Part shown: positions 48,044 to 57,767 of the stretch, in pieces | Layout of the letters: the number at the start of each line of letters is the position of its first letter | Position numbering within the stretch: position 1 is the first letter of the stretch | Assembly: GCA_963844935.1 (NCBI GenBank) | Contig: CAWJQH010000003.1 | Coordinates: 238,505 to 302,504 of the forward strand | Origin: an uncultured Bacteroidales bacterium | GTDB lineage: Bacteria; Bacteroidota; Bacteroidia; Bacteroidales; VadinHA17 | Length of the DNA: 64,000 nucleotides | Direction of reading: 5' to 3' | The notes under the pieces: generated by a model | What the model was told of the DNA's origin: nothing | What the model saw: the letters and a program-made list of their open reading frames with translations, nothing else | Databases searched by the model: none | Program-made: the position numbers and the translations under genes

Positions 48044-49303
48044 ATGAGCTATTTCTTTACTTCTGAATCAGTCTCCGAAGGCCATCCTGACAAGGTAGCC
48101 GACCAGATTTCGGACGCACTGCTTGACAACTTTCTTGCATGGGACCCCGAATCAAAGGTCGCCTGCGAAACCCTCGTGACAACCGGTCAGGTGGTCGTTG
48201 CCGGCGAGGTTAAGACAAAGACCTATATCGACGTACAGACAATAATCAGGGAGGTCATTAACAGGATCGGCTATACAAAAGCCGAGTATATGTTTGACGG
48301 AAATTCATGCGGCATCTTCTCTTCCATCCATGAACAGTCGCCTGATATCAGCCAGGGCGTTGTACGAAAGAAAAAAGAGGACCAGGGCGCCGGCGACCAG
48401 GGCATGATGTTCGGCTATGCCACCAATGAGACAGAGAATTTCCTCCCCCTGTCGCTCGACATCGCTCACGAGCTCGTCTTCCAGCTGGCAGAGATACGCC
48501 GCGAAGGAAAAGTGATGAAATACCTCAGGCCCGATTCCAAATCGCAGGTCACCATCGAATACAAGGACGACGGCACGCCGCTGAGGGTTCATACAATTGT
48601 TGTTTCGACGCAGCATGACGACTTCGACAAGGATGAAAAGAAGATGCTTGAGACAATCAAGGCTGATGTTATAAATATTCTCATCCCAAGGGTTAAGGCG
48701 CAGTTTGGCAAACCGGTGCAGGCGCTGTTCGACAGCAAAATAAAATACCATGTCAACCCTACCGGTAAGTTTGTGATAGGCGGGCCTCACGGTGACAGCG
48801 GGCTCACGGGCCGTAAGATTATAGTCGATACCTATGGCGGCCGCGGAGCACACGGCGGCGGCGCCTTCTCAGGCAAGGACCCGTCAAAGGTCGACCGCTC
48901 GGCAGCCTACGCAGCACGTCACATTGCCAAGAATATGGTTGCTGCCGGCGTGGCCCGTGAGATGCTTGTCCAGGTTTCGTATGCCATCGGAGTAGCTAAA
49001 CCGGTGGGCATATACGTCAACACTGCCGGAACAGCTAAGGTAAAAATGACCGACGGGGAAATTGCTAAAAAAATAGAGAAGATGTTTGACCTCCGTCCCG
49101 CCATGATTGAAAAGGAGTACGGCCTTCGCAAACCCATTTACAGCGAGACTGCTGCCTACGGTCACATGGGCCGCAAGCCCCGCACCGTGGAAAAGGTGTT
49201 CCGCTCAGCCAACGGCAAACCGGACAGGAAAATAACAGTTCAGCTCTTCAAATGGGAGGAACTTGACAAGGTGAATGAGATTAAAAAAGCCTTCGCTCTT
49301 TAG
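48044..49303 (+). CDS. metK: Methionine adenosyltransferase (S-adenosylmethionine synthase)
   Basis: [51 protein letters not shown]. Confidence 0.95.
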   Translation: MSYFFTSESVSEGHPDKVADQISDALLDNFLAWDPESKVACETLVTTGQVVVAGEVKTKTYIDVQTIIREVINRIGYTKAEYMFDGNSCGIFSSIHEQSPDISQGVVRKKKEDQGAGDQGMMFGYATNETENFLPLSLDIAHELVFQLAEIRREGKVMKYLRPDSKSQVTIEYKDDGTPLRVHTIVVSTQHDDFDKDEKKMLETIKADVINILIPRVKAQFGKPVQALFDSKIKYHVNPTGKFVIGGPHGDSGLTGRKIIVDTYGGRGAHGGGAFSGKDPSKVDRSAAYAARHIAKNMVAAGVAREMLVQVSYAIGVAKPVGIYVNTAGTAKVKMTDGEIAKKIEKMFDLRPAMIEKEYGLRKPIYSETAAYGHMGRKPRTVEKVFRSANGKPDRKITVQLFKWEELDKVNEIKKAFAL

Positions 49304-50262
49304 AAGGAGTTTTTGACGATACGCGCAATATTATCCGATCTGCCGAGGGTATAGTAATGTATCCCCGGCACTTCGTTTTTAAGGAGGTCGCGGCACTGCA
49401 TCGTGGCCCACTCAATGCCGGCTTCACGGGCCTCTTCGTCGTTACGGCATTTTGACAGCTCTTGTACCAGCTCCTCCGGCATGTCGATATGGAATGTCTG
49501 CGGCAGGAGGCTTACGTCCGTTATCGCCGAGACCGGCTTGATGCCGGGGATCAGCGGCACGGTGATGCCCATAGCGCGCAATGCATCACGGAAGGCATAA
49601 AACTTCGCGTTGTCGAAAAACATCTGGGTGACTATATAACTCGCCCCGGCATCAACCTTTCGCTTGAGGTTTGCCAGGTCCCAGGTCATGTTGGGAGCTT
49701 CAAAGTGCTTCTCGGGATAGGCAGCGACGCCGATGCAGAATGACGTTGCAGTCATGTTCTTCAGCTCGGGGTCGATATAATGGCCTTTGTTCATGTTTAC
49801 GATCTGCTCAACAAGTTCATTGCTGTTTTTATGTCCGTCAGGCTCCGGGATGAATACGCGGCTCCCCTTCGGCGGGTCGCCGCGCAGGGCAAGCACATCA
49901 TTGATACCCAGGAAGTTCATCTCTATCAGCACGTTCTCCGTCTCTTCCTTCGTGAACCCGCCGCACAGCAAATGAGGTACAACATTCACGTTGTATTTGT
50001 ACTTCACCGCAGCAGCAAGTGCAATGGTACCTGGCCGCTTGCGTGTCACACGCTTCTCAAGCAGGCCGTCAGGCCTCTCGGCCAGCACCACCTCATTGCG
50101 GTGGGAAGTAAAATTTATATATGCCGGAGAATACTCGAGCAGGCTCTCAATGGTGCGGTATATGCGCTCAATGCTGTGCCCCTTGAGCGGGGGAAGAAGC
50201 TCGAAAGTGAAAAGCGGTTTCTTCGATTGCTTTAAAAGATCAATTACTGTTGGTCCCTGCAT
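49300..50262 (-). CDS. metF: Methylenetetrahydrofolate reductase
   Basis: [11 protein letters not shown] start, ...ALRGDPP..., ...YIVTQMFFD... motifs, 320 aa. Lies 9 nt downstream of the metH end. Confidence 0.9.
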   Translation of the reverse strand: MQGPTVIDLLKQSKKPLFTFELLPPLKGHSIERIYRTIESLLEYSPAYINFTSHRNEVVLAERPDGLLEKRVTRKRPGTIALAAAVKYKYNVNVVPHLLCGGFTKEETENVLIEMNFLGINDVLALRGDPPKGSRVFIPEPDGHKNSNELVEQIVNMNKGHYIDPELKNMTATSFCIGVAAYPEKHFEAPNMTWDLANLKRKVDAGASYIVTQMFFDNAKFYAFRDALRAMGITVPLIPGIKPVSAITDVSLLPQTFHIDMPEELVQELSKCRNDEEAREAGIEWATMQCRDLLKNEVPGIHYYTLGRSDNIARIVKNSF

Positions 50263-50271
50263 AAATTCGTT

Positions 50272-53200
50272 TTATAGGTTTGGGGCGAGCCATTTTGCAG
50301 CCTCTTCGGTAGTCATACCGCAACGACGTGCGTAGTCTTCAAGCTGGTCTTTGCCGATGGTGCCCACATTAAAATAAGACGACCCCTGTGATGCGAAAAT
50401 GTAACCGCATACCGATGACACAGGCACCATGACAAAGCTTTCCGTGAGTGTCACTCCTATTGTCTCCGGAGCCCTCAGGAGATCAAAGATGACCTGCTTG
50501 CCTGTATGGTCAGGACAGGCAGGATAGCCCGGTGCCGGCCTGATGCCCTGGTACTTAACCTTGAACAATCTCGTCTGCCGTCAGCTTTTCGTCAGGGGCA
50601 TAACCCCAGTGCCTGACACGTATCTCACGGTGCAGCCACTCGGCAGCAGCTTCAGCAAAGCGGTCGGCAAGTATCCTCAGCATGATGCTGTTATAATCGT
50701 CGCCGGCAATATCCTGAGGCAGATTATCCTTTACCTTAACGGTAACGACAAATAATCCCGCATGATCATCCTTCTCTGCCACGAAGTCAGACAGGCAAAG
50801 GTTGGCATGGCCGGTCTCCTTTTCCTCCTGGTTGCGCAGGAATCGAAGAAACACCTCTTCGCTGCTCTTGTCCGGGAATAGCCTTATATCATCGCCATGC
50901 TTTTCTGCAGGAAATATTCCAGACAGAGCTTCAGCTGTCATCAGATCCTCTTCTGATATCCTTTCAATCATTTTCAGGGCATCGTCATACAGCTTCCTGG
51001 CTTCGGCGCCCTTTACCGGGTCACTGAAAATATCAGGATAACGTCCGCTGATCTTCCATGAAAAGAAAAAGAATGTCCAGTCAATGTAGTCAATCAGCGT
51101 CTTAACTTTTAAAGGACCCGAGTTTATCACTCCGGTCATGGCCGGAACTGGAGCAGGCCTCTCAATCCTGAATGCATTCTTTCTTGCGGCATCAAGGGAG
51201 ATGAGTTTCTTCACCTTCCTCGAGGCTTCATGCTCCTGCCTGAGCCTTTCGTATTTTTCCTTTACCGCTTCATGCATCGGATTTTCGGGTGATAACAGTC
51301 CCGACAGTACGGACACAGCCCTTGAGGCGTCCTTTACATGAACGGCCGAGAATGAATATACGGGAGCGATCTTTACCGCAGTATGGATTTCAGAAGTCGT
51401 TGCACCTCCGATCAGCAGGGGTATCTTAATTCCGCGTGCTTCCATCAGTGAAGCTACGTGCACCATCTCCTCGAGTGAGGGTGTGATCAGTCCTGACAGC
51501 CCTATGAAGTCTACCTTTTCACGTAGGGCAGTATCAAGAATGGTCTCTGCCGGCACCATCACTCCCAGGTCAATGATCTGGTAGTTATTGCATGACAGTA
51601 TTACGCCGACAATATTTTTCCCGATGTCGTGAACGTCACCCTTAACCGTTGCAAGGAGCACTTTACCGGCTGAAGAAACCTCTCCGACCCTTGTTTCTGC
51701 TTCAATATGCGGGGTGAGTTGTGCTACTGCCTTCTTCATTACCCTGGCGCTCTTGACCACCTGCGGGAAGGAACATCCTGCCCGAACCGAACAGGTCGCC
51801 TACCTCATTCATGCCGTCCATCAGCGGCCCCTCGATTATGTGCAGCGATCTTTCATACAACGGCCTGGCTTCTTCGACATCCCCGGCAATAAACATGTCT
51901 ATGCCGTTCACAAGGGCATATTTTATCCGCGTGTTGACATCACCGTCCCTCCAGGCCAGGTGCTTTGCTTCCTCTTCCTGCTTTCCTCCCTTCATCCCGG
52001 CGGCAAACTGCAGCAGCCTGTCGGTGGCGTCTTTCCGCCTGTTCATTACCACATCCTCCGTAAGGCGAAGCAGGTCAGGCTCAATGGAGGTGTAAACTCT
52101 CAGCAGTCCGGGATTGACAATACCCATATCCATGCCGGCTTTGATGGCATGGTACAGGAAGACCGCGTGCATTGCCTCCCTGACGGCGTCATTTCCGCGG
52201 AAGGAAAATGAGAGGTTGCTGACGCCGCCGCTCACCCTTGCATAAGGCAGGTTGGCCTTGATGAATTCAGTGGCTTTAATATAATCAACTGCATAATTGT
52301 TATGCTCCTCGATGCCCGTCCCGATGGCCAGTATGTTCGGGTCAATGAAAATATCTTCAGGAGGAAAACCGGCCTTTTCTGTAAGCAGCTTGTACGACAG
52401 TGTGGCAACTTCCTTTCTCCGCTCAAAGGTGTCAGCCTGGCCGCGCTCGTCGAAAAGCATCACAACGGCTGCCGCACCGTACCGGCGGACAAGGCGCGCC
52501 TTAGACAGGAACTCCTCCTCGCCCTCCTTGAGGCTGATAGAGTTGACGACAGGCTTGCCCTGGACACACTGCAGTCCTGCGACAATAACCTCCCATTTTG
52601 ATGAGTCGATCATAATCGGCAGTTTCGCAATGTCAGGCTCGCTCATCACCAGGTTGATGAATTTCTTAATGACCGCGGCGCCGTCGATCATTGCATCATC
52701 CATGCATATATCTATCACCTGCGCCCCGTTCTCAACCTGGTCACGGGCAACATCAAGGGCGGCCTGGTAATTTCCTTCACGTATCAGGCGGGCAAACTTG
52801 ATTGAGCCGGATACGTTGGTACGCTCACCTATGTTTACAAAATTTGTGTCGGGACGAATGACCAGCGGCTCGAGCCCGGCCAGCGCGGTGACATGCTTTC
52901 TTTCAGGGACCGTCCTGGGAGAGTATTGTTTAGCCAGTGAGGCGATGACCTTTATATGTTCAGGCGTTGTGCCGCAGCACCCGCCGATGATGTTCACCCA
53001 GCTGTTCTGCATGAAGCCGCTGATAATACTTCCCATGTATTGCGCATCCTGATCATACTCTCCGAACTGGTTTGGCAGGCCGGCGTTGGGATGAGCCGAG
53101 ACAAAGAAGGGGGCTTTTCCTGACAGCTCTTCGATGAAAGGCCTGAGCTGCTCGGCGCCCAGGGCGCAGTTAAGTCCTATGCTGAGTATCGGGTAGTGTG

Positions 53201-53894
53201 ACATTGTGATGAGGAAAGCCTCCAGGGTCTGGCCCGTCAGCGTTCTTCCGCTGGCATCGGTAATGGTGCCCGAGACCATCACGGGAAGGTCAACGGCTTT
53301 TTCTTCAAGCACCCCGCTGATGGCAAACAGCGCCGCCTTGGCATTCAGGCCGTCAAAGACCGTCTCAACAAGAAGCAGATCGGCTCCCCCGTCGACCAGT
53401 CCTCTCACCTGCTCCGCATAAGCATCAGCAAGCTCTGAAAAGGTGACTGTGCGTGCACCGGGATCACTGACGTCAGGCGACATGGAGGCCGTGCGGTTGG
53501 TGGGTCCCACCGAACCTGCAACCCATGCCTCTCTGCCGGTCTCCCTGAAATGTTCCATGACAGCCTCACGGCCAAGTTTTGCTGCCGCAAAATTGATATC
53601 GTAAACATACCGCTCCATGCCGTAATCAGCCATGGAGATCCTGTTACCGTTGAAAGTGTTTGTGCTGATTATGTCAGCTCCGGCCCTGAGATAGGCAAGG
53701 TGAATATCCCTTATAATCTTCGGCTGCGTTACCGACAGGAGATCATTATTGCCTTTCAGCGAACGGGGGTGCAGCTGAAACTGCTGGCCCCGGTACTGCT
53801 CTTCCGTCAGCCTGTGACGCTGTATCATTGTGCCCATGGCACCGTCGAGGATAAGTATCCTCTCGCGGAGTGTATCTTTTATATCGGCCTTCAC
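50272..53894 (-). pseudogene. metH: Cobalamin-dependent methionine synthase, split into three ORFs by two single-base insertions (or sequencing errors)
   Basis: ORF1 (730 aa) has the Hcy- and pterin-binding barrels and ends ...[15 protein letters not shown]2 (401 aa) continues [13 protein letters not shown]... with the B12 motif GDVHDIGKNIV. ORF3 (98 aa) continues KYQGIRPAPGYPACPDH. The total is about 1215-1230 aa, as expected for MetH. Confidence 0.8.
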
Positions 53895-53914
53895 CTGGCT
53901 TGTGTATCAGTGCA

Positions 53915-53945
53915 CAAAAATACCTCAAAAGGCCTCAATTACAAA
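53915..53945 (-). promoter_or_regulatory. Candidate Bacteroidota sigma-A promoter for metH (-33 TTTG, 19-nt spacer, -7 TATTTTTG)
   Basis: The minus strand reads TTTG-taattgaggccttttgagg-TATTTTTG. The -7 box ends 20 nt upstream of the GTG start at 53894. Confidence 0.4.
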
Positions 53946-53965
53946 ACTTTTGGAAAGAGGATCAG

Positions 53966-54418
53966 TCACTTTGCACTGCCATGTGCAATGCCGTCCCATA
54001 TCTTAATAAGCGTGGCCGCAATTTTACCTATGAAATAAGGCATTTTGCGCCGGCTTATTTTCAGGGTTTTGTCTCCCCTGATTATTTCCCGCACCTGTCC
54101 TGCCACATCTTTTTCCGTGGACCACGGATCAGGAATCATGCTGGTATCACCCTGCGTTTTAATAAAGGTGGAGAGTTTGCCTCTCTGGATGGCGGTTACT
54201 CTGTGTACCACAAATCCTCCGTCTCTTCTGAGCGCCGCAACCCTTCCTGTTTTCAGGGGTTTGTCAGGGTCAGGGGGCGAAATGATTATTCTGTCGCCGG
54301 GTTTTATTGCCGGCCACATGCTGTATCCTCCGGCAGTGATGACAATTTCTTTCCCCTCTGTGAGCATGGATGAGGCTGCGGCAGTTGCCGCAGCGGCAGG
54401 AGCATTCTCACGCGCCAT
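53966..54418 (-). CDS. S26B (SipW/Sec11-type) signal-peptidase-like serine peptidase, 150 aa
   Basis: Boxes in canonical order: GYSMWPAIKPGD (Ser box), FVVHRV (His box), TQGDTS (GDN-like box). Starts 7 nt after the stop of the kinase-like gene. Confidence 0.6.
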   Translation of the reverse strand: MARENAPAAAATAAASSMLTEGKEIVITAGGYSMWPAIKPGDRIIISPPDPDKPLKTGRVAALRRDGGFVVHRVTAIQRGKLSTFIKTQGDTSMIPDPWSTEKDVAGQVREIIRGDKTLKISRRKMPYFIGKIAATLIKIWDGIAHGSAK

Positions 54419-54425
54419 GAGGTAA

Positions 54426-55283
54426 TCACGGACACGGTTGTCGGGCAGGAAATGCCAGGCTGCTGACCCTGACCGATGCAGCCAGGTCCGCGACTGATGC
54501 CATCAGCCGCGCAGAAGCCTCCCTGTCCCAGTTCTGCTGGATGCAGTTGGCCATTATCAGCCCGGCAGCCTCCGCACCTGAGAGCGGTGTCGAGATATTC
54601 GACTTCCCGTGACTGATTATCCACAGATGATCAACCTCAGCACTCCTTGGTTCATCATTTCTGTAAACGGGAGTGCTGTGCATCCTCCACCGGGCCCCCT
54701 CTTTAACCAGTATCAGCCTGTCATCGTGAACGACCCTGTCGCCGTTGCTGTCAAAAATTTTTGCCATTGTAGTCTTGCCGCTGCCTGACTTGCCGGTGAA
54801 AATCCAGCCTTTGCCGTCACTGATCACCCCAGATCCGTGGATCATTATGTCACCTTTCATCGAGGTCAGAAAATACAAAATCAGGCCGTCAACAGGATAC
54901 GGGAGAGGATTGATTTCACTTCCCGCTTCATCTGTAAAGAATTGCCAGGACATTTTGCCGCGCGGAATGATCAGCAGGGGAAATCGTGCAGGCTCTTTCA
55001 GCGTAACCCTGACGTAAGTGGCCTTTTCATCGGCAGCCACCTCCCAGAATGGTTCCCCGGACTGCTGCGGTCCTGCCGGTGCATCCTCAAGCAGCGGGGC
55101 ATTGAAAACCTTTGCCGCGCCTGCAGGGATCACGGCCCTTCCGGATTTTACTTCAATTGTCAGCTCCGGACCACCTCCTACAGCAGTTGTAAACGCGGCA
55201 AAACGCTCATCGGGCCTGAGACTTATCCCATAATCAGACTGAAGACGAATCCTCTTCCCGGCTATGACCAGATCAACTGTCAC
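54426..55283 (-). CDS. HPr-kinase-like (HprK-related) serine kinase, 285 aa
   Basis: The C-terminal half IHGSGVISDGKGWIFTGKSGSGKTTMAKIF parallels the HprK C-domain (HG..v...G.GvLi.G.SG.GKS). The GTG start overlaps the PqqD TGA (GTGA). Confidence 0.6.
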   Translation of the reverse strand: MTVDLVIAGKRIRLQSDYGISLRPDERFAAFTTAVGGGPELTIEVKSGRAVIPAGAAKVFNAPLLEDAPAGPQQSGEPFWEVAADEKATYVRVTLKEPARFPLLIIPRGKMSWQFFTDEAGSEINPLPYPVDGLILYFLTSMKGDIMIHGSGVISDGKGWIFTGKSGSGKTTMAKIFDSNGDRVVHDDRLILVKEGARWRMHSTPVYRNDEPRSAEVDHLWIISHGKSNISTPLSGAEAAGLIMANCIQQNWDREASARLMASVADLAASVRVSSLAFPARQPCP

Positions 55284-55570
55284 TGTTCCCTGAAATGAAG
55301 AAAACTCATGACCTGCTCAAGAAACTCCAGTATATCCTTCTCTGCCTCATCAGGACCGACATCGAACTCTTCAGCCATCATGGCTGTTATATCCCTGATG
55401 TTCCGCTTTCCGTCTATCGCCTCCCAGATAAACACACCCGTCTCGTTCAGCCTGTACAGTGAATCCATGTCTGCTATGTTATCCGTGAGCGGAATGAGGA
55501 GGCATTCGTCATTGATCCTGCGAAATACAACCCTGGTTGAATGCGACGGTATTGAGGATACTGATATCAT
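55280..55570 (-). CDS. PqqD-family protein (RiPP recognition element / peptide chaperone), 96 aa
   Basis: ...VVFRRINDECLLIPL...LYRLNETGVFIWEAIDGKRNIRDITAMMAEEFDVGPDEAEKDILEFLEQ is the typical PqqD beta-sheet plus helices pattern. Confidence 0.7.
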   Translation of the reverse strand: MISVSSIPSHSTRVVFRRINDECLLIPLTDNIADMDSLYRLNETGVFIWEAIDGKRNIRDITAMMAEEFDVGPDEAEKDILEFLEQVMSFLHFREQ

Positions 55571-55586
55571 TAATCTGTTATTAACT

Positions 55587-55594
55587 CAAAGGTA
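55587..55594 (-). promoter_or_regulatory. Candidate -7 box TACCTTTG for the PqqD operon
   Basis: The minus strand reads gcTACCTTTGagttaataacagattaATG, so the box ends 16 nt before the PqqD ATG. An imperfect -33 (TTGC) lies 20 nt upstream. Confidence 0.35.
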
Positions 55595-55607
55595 GCCAAT
55601 TTCAATC

Positions 55608-55615
55608 TATCTTTG
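55608..55615 (+). promoter_or_regulatory. Candidate -7 box TATCTTTG for rnr
   Basis: The plus strand reads tcTATCTTTGcaaccgtaaaaacaagtgcataATG, so the box ends 22 nt before the rnr ATG. It is divergent with the PqqD operon box. Confidence 0.35.
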
Positions 55616-55637
55616 CAACCGTAAAAACAAGTGCATA

Positions 55638-57767
55638 ATGGCAAGAAAGAACACGGTGAAAAAGAGCACCGGAATTGATCAGAAAAAACTCATCGAAATG
55701 ATCGCAGGGGTGATGTCGAAGAACCCCAAACAGACATTTAATTACAAACAGCTGGCTGCAAGGCTGCAGATCACCGACAAGGAAGAAAAGAGGGCGCTTT
55801 CGGAGGCCCTGCTGAGGATGAAAAAGGATGGCCTGGCCGAGGAGAGAAACCACGGCAAGTATGTCCTGAAGGATGTTGGCGGTTATGTCACAGGAACCAT
55901 CGACCTTACAAAATTCGGTTATGCATTTGTTCTCTCCGAGGAATCGGAGGAAGATGTTTTCATTGCAGCGCGTAACCTCAACACCGCCCTCCACGGCGAC
56001 CAGGTGAAGGTGCTTCTCTACGCCCGCCATAAAGGTAAGAGGCCTGAGGGTGAGGTAGTTGAGATCCTCAGCAGGTCACGTGCCTCCTTTGTCGGAACGA
56101 TTGAGCTGACACCGCAGTTTGCCTTCCTGATCCCCGATAACAAGAATATGCCATTCGATCTTTTCATCCCCCTGTCGAAGCTTAACGGAGCAAAGCAGGG
56201 ACAGAAGGCTGTGGCAAAACTTATAGATTGGGATCAGCGGTCGCGAAACCCGATGGGCGAGATAACCGAGGTTTTGGGTTATCCCGGAGAGAATGATACC
56301 GAGATGCACGCCATCCTTGCCGAGTTCGGTCTTCCGAACAAATTTGCACCTGAGATTGAAGCTGCAGCGGAAAAGATTTCCCCGGAGATAACAATGGAGG
56401 ATATATCAGCCAGACGCGACTTCCGCAACGTGCCGACATTTACAATCGACCCTGAAGATGCCAAGGACTTTGACGACGCCCTTTCCATCAGCCGGCTGCC
56501 GAACGGCAATATGGAAATAGGAGTGCATATAGCTGATGTCACACATTATGTCAAACCCGGAACGGTGATAGAGAAGGAGGCTCAGGAACGCGCTACATCG
56601 GTCTACCTTGTGGACCGCACAATACCCATGCTGCCTGAAAAACTGTCGAACCATATATGCTCGCTTAATCCCTTTGAGGATAAGCTGACCTACTCGGCAG
56701 TCTTCGAGCTCGACAGTAAGTCTTCCGTCGTCAATGAATGGTTCGGCCGGACTATCATAAAATCAGATAAACGTTTCTCCTACGGGGAGGCTCAGAAGGT
56801 CATTGATACGGGGGAAGGTGATATGAAGGAGCAGCTGCTGACCCTGCATAACCTTGCGCAGAGCCTTCGTGCAAAGCGCTTTGCCACCGGCTCATTTGCC
56901 TTTGAACGGATTGAAGTCAAGTTCAACCTGAGTAAATCAGGTGTACCGCTGGGGATCCTTTTCCGCGAGTACGGCACATCAAACCAGCTCATCGAGGAAT
57001 TCATGCTGCTGGCCAACAGGCGGGTGGCGGAGTATGTGGGTAAAAAACTGAAGGGGAAAACTTTCGTTTACCGTATCCATGATAAACCCAATCCTGAAAA
57101 ACTGAGTTCATTCAGCTATTTCATCAAGCGCTTCGGCTATACACTGGACACCCAGGATGTAAAAGGTCTTCCTGCCGCCATGAACAAACTGATGGATGAT
57201 GTCTCCGGGAAGAAAGAACAGAACGTGATCGAGACGCTTGCTCTCAGGTCGATGGCAAAGGCCATTTATTCAACCGAAAATATTGGTCACTACGGTCTTT
57301 CATTCAGCCATTACACGCACTTCACATCACCTATCAGGCGCTACCCTGACATGATGGTTCACCGCCTGCTTACCAGGTACCTTGAGGGACAGCCTTCACG
57401 GGACGGCGACAAGTTCGAGAAGCTGTGTGAGTATTCGTCGAAGAGGGAGCGCCTCGCCACCGATGCCGAAAGGGCTTCGATCAAATACAAGCAGGTGGAG
57501 TTCATGAAGGACAAGATAGGACAGGTTTTTGAAGGGGTTATCTCCGGAGTAACCGAGTGGGGCATCTATGTCGAGATCATCGAGAACCAGTGCGAGGGCA
57601 TGATTGCCCTGCGTGAACTGCAGGATGACTTTTTTGAATATGACGAAGAGAACTACTCAATCAGGGGAAGACACTCGGGGAAAGTGTATATGCTGGGTGA
57701 CAAGATAAACGTGGAAATCGTTAAGGCTGACCTGCAGAAGAGGCAGCTCGATTACCGCTTTGCCTGA
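55638..57767 (+). CDS. rnr: Ribonuclease R
   Basis: N-terminal winged-helix/CSD region. RNB domain (TIDPEDAKDFDDALS, ...HYGLSFSHYTHFTSPIRRYPD). C-terminal S1 domain (FEGVISGVTEWGIYVEI). Confidence 0.9.
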   Translation: MARKNTVKKSTGIDQKKLIEMIAGVMSKNPKQTFNYKQLAARLQITDKEEKRALSEALLRMKKDGLAEERNHGKYVLKDVGGYVTGTIDLTKFGYAFVLSEESEEDVFIAARNLNTALHGDQVKVLLYARHKGKRPEGEVVEILSRSRASFVGTIELTPQFAFLIPDNKNMPFDLFIPLSKLNGAKQGQKAVAKLIDWDQRSRNPMGEITEVLGYPGENDTEMHAILAEFGLPNKFAPEIEAAAEKISPEITMEDISARRDFRNVPTFTIDPEDAKDFDDALSISRLPNGNMEIGVHIADVTHYVKPGTVIEKEAQERATSVYLVDRTIPMLPEKLSNHICSLNPFEDKLTYSAVFELDSKSSVVNEWFGRTIIKSDKRFSYGEAQKVIDTGEGDMKEQLLTLHNLAQSLRAKRFATGSFAFERIEVKFNLSKSGVPLGILFREYGTSNQLIEEFMLLANRRVAEYVGKKLKGKTFVYRIHDKPNPEKLSSFSYFIKRFGYTLDTQDVKGLPAAMNKLMDDVSGKKEQNVIETLALRSMAKAIYSTENIGHYGLSFSHYTHFTSPIRRYPDMMVHRLLTRYLEGQPSRDGDKFEKLCEYSSKRERLATDAERASIKYKQVEFMKDKIGQVFEGVISGVTEWGIYVEIIENQCEGMIALRELQDDFFEYDEENYSIRGRHSGKVYMLGDKINVEIVKADLQKRQLDYRFA

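Noticed and set aside
50540-51780. Programmed ribosomal frameshifting in metH
   Set aside because: Neither junction has a slippery heptamer or a downstream structure. Each is repaired by deleting one base. Several unrelated genes nearby show similar indels. Error or pseudogenisation is the simpler explanation.
57752-57767. Convergent 3' overlaps (rnr/ispG 16 nt; metK/metF 4 nt at 49300-49303; GT/PAP2-like 27 nt at 41085-41111) as regulatory features
   Set aside because: Short convergent overlaps are common in compact bacterial genomes, and nothing else (such as structures or repeats) marks them. They are noted only as context.
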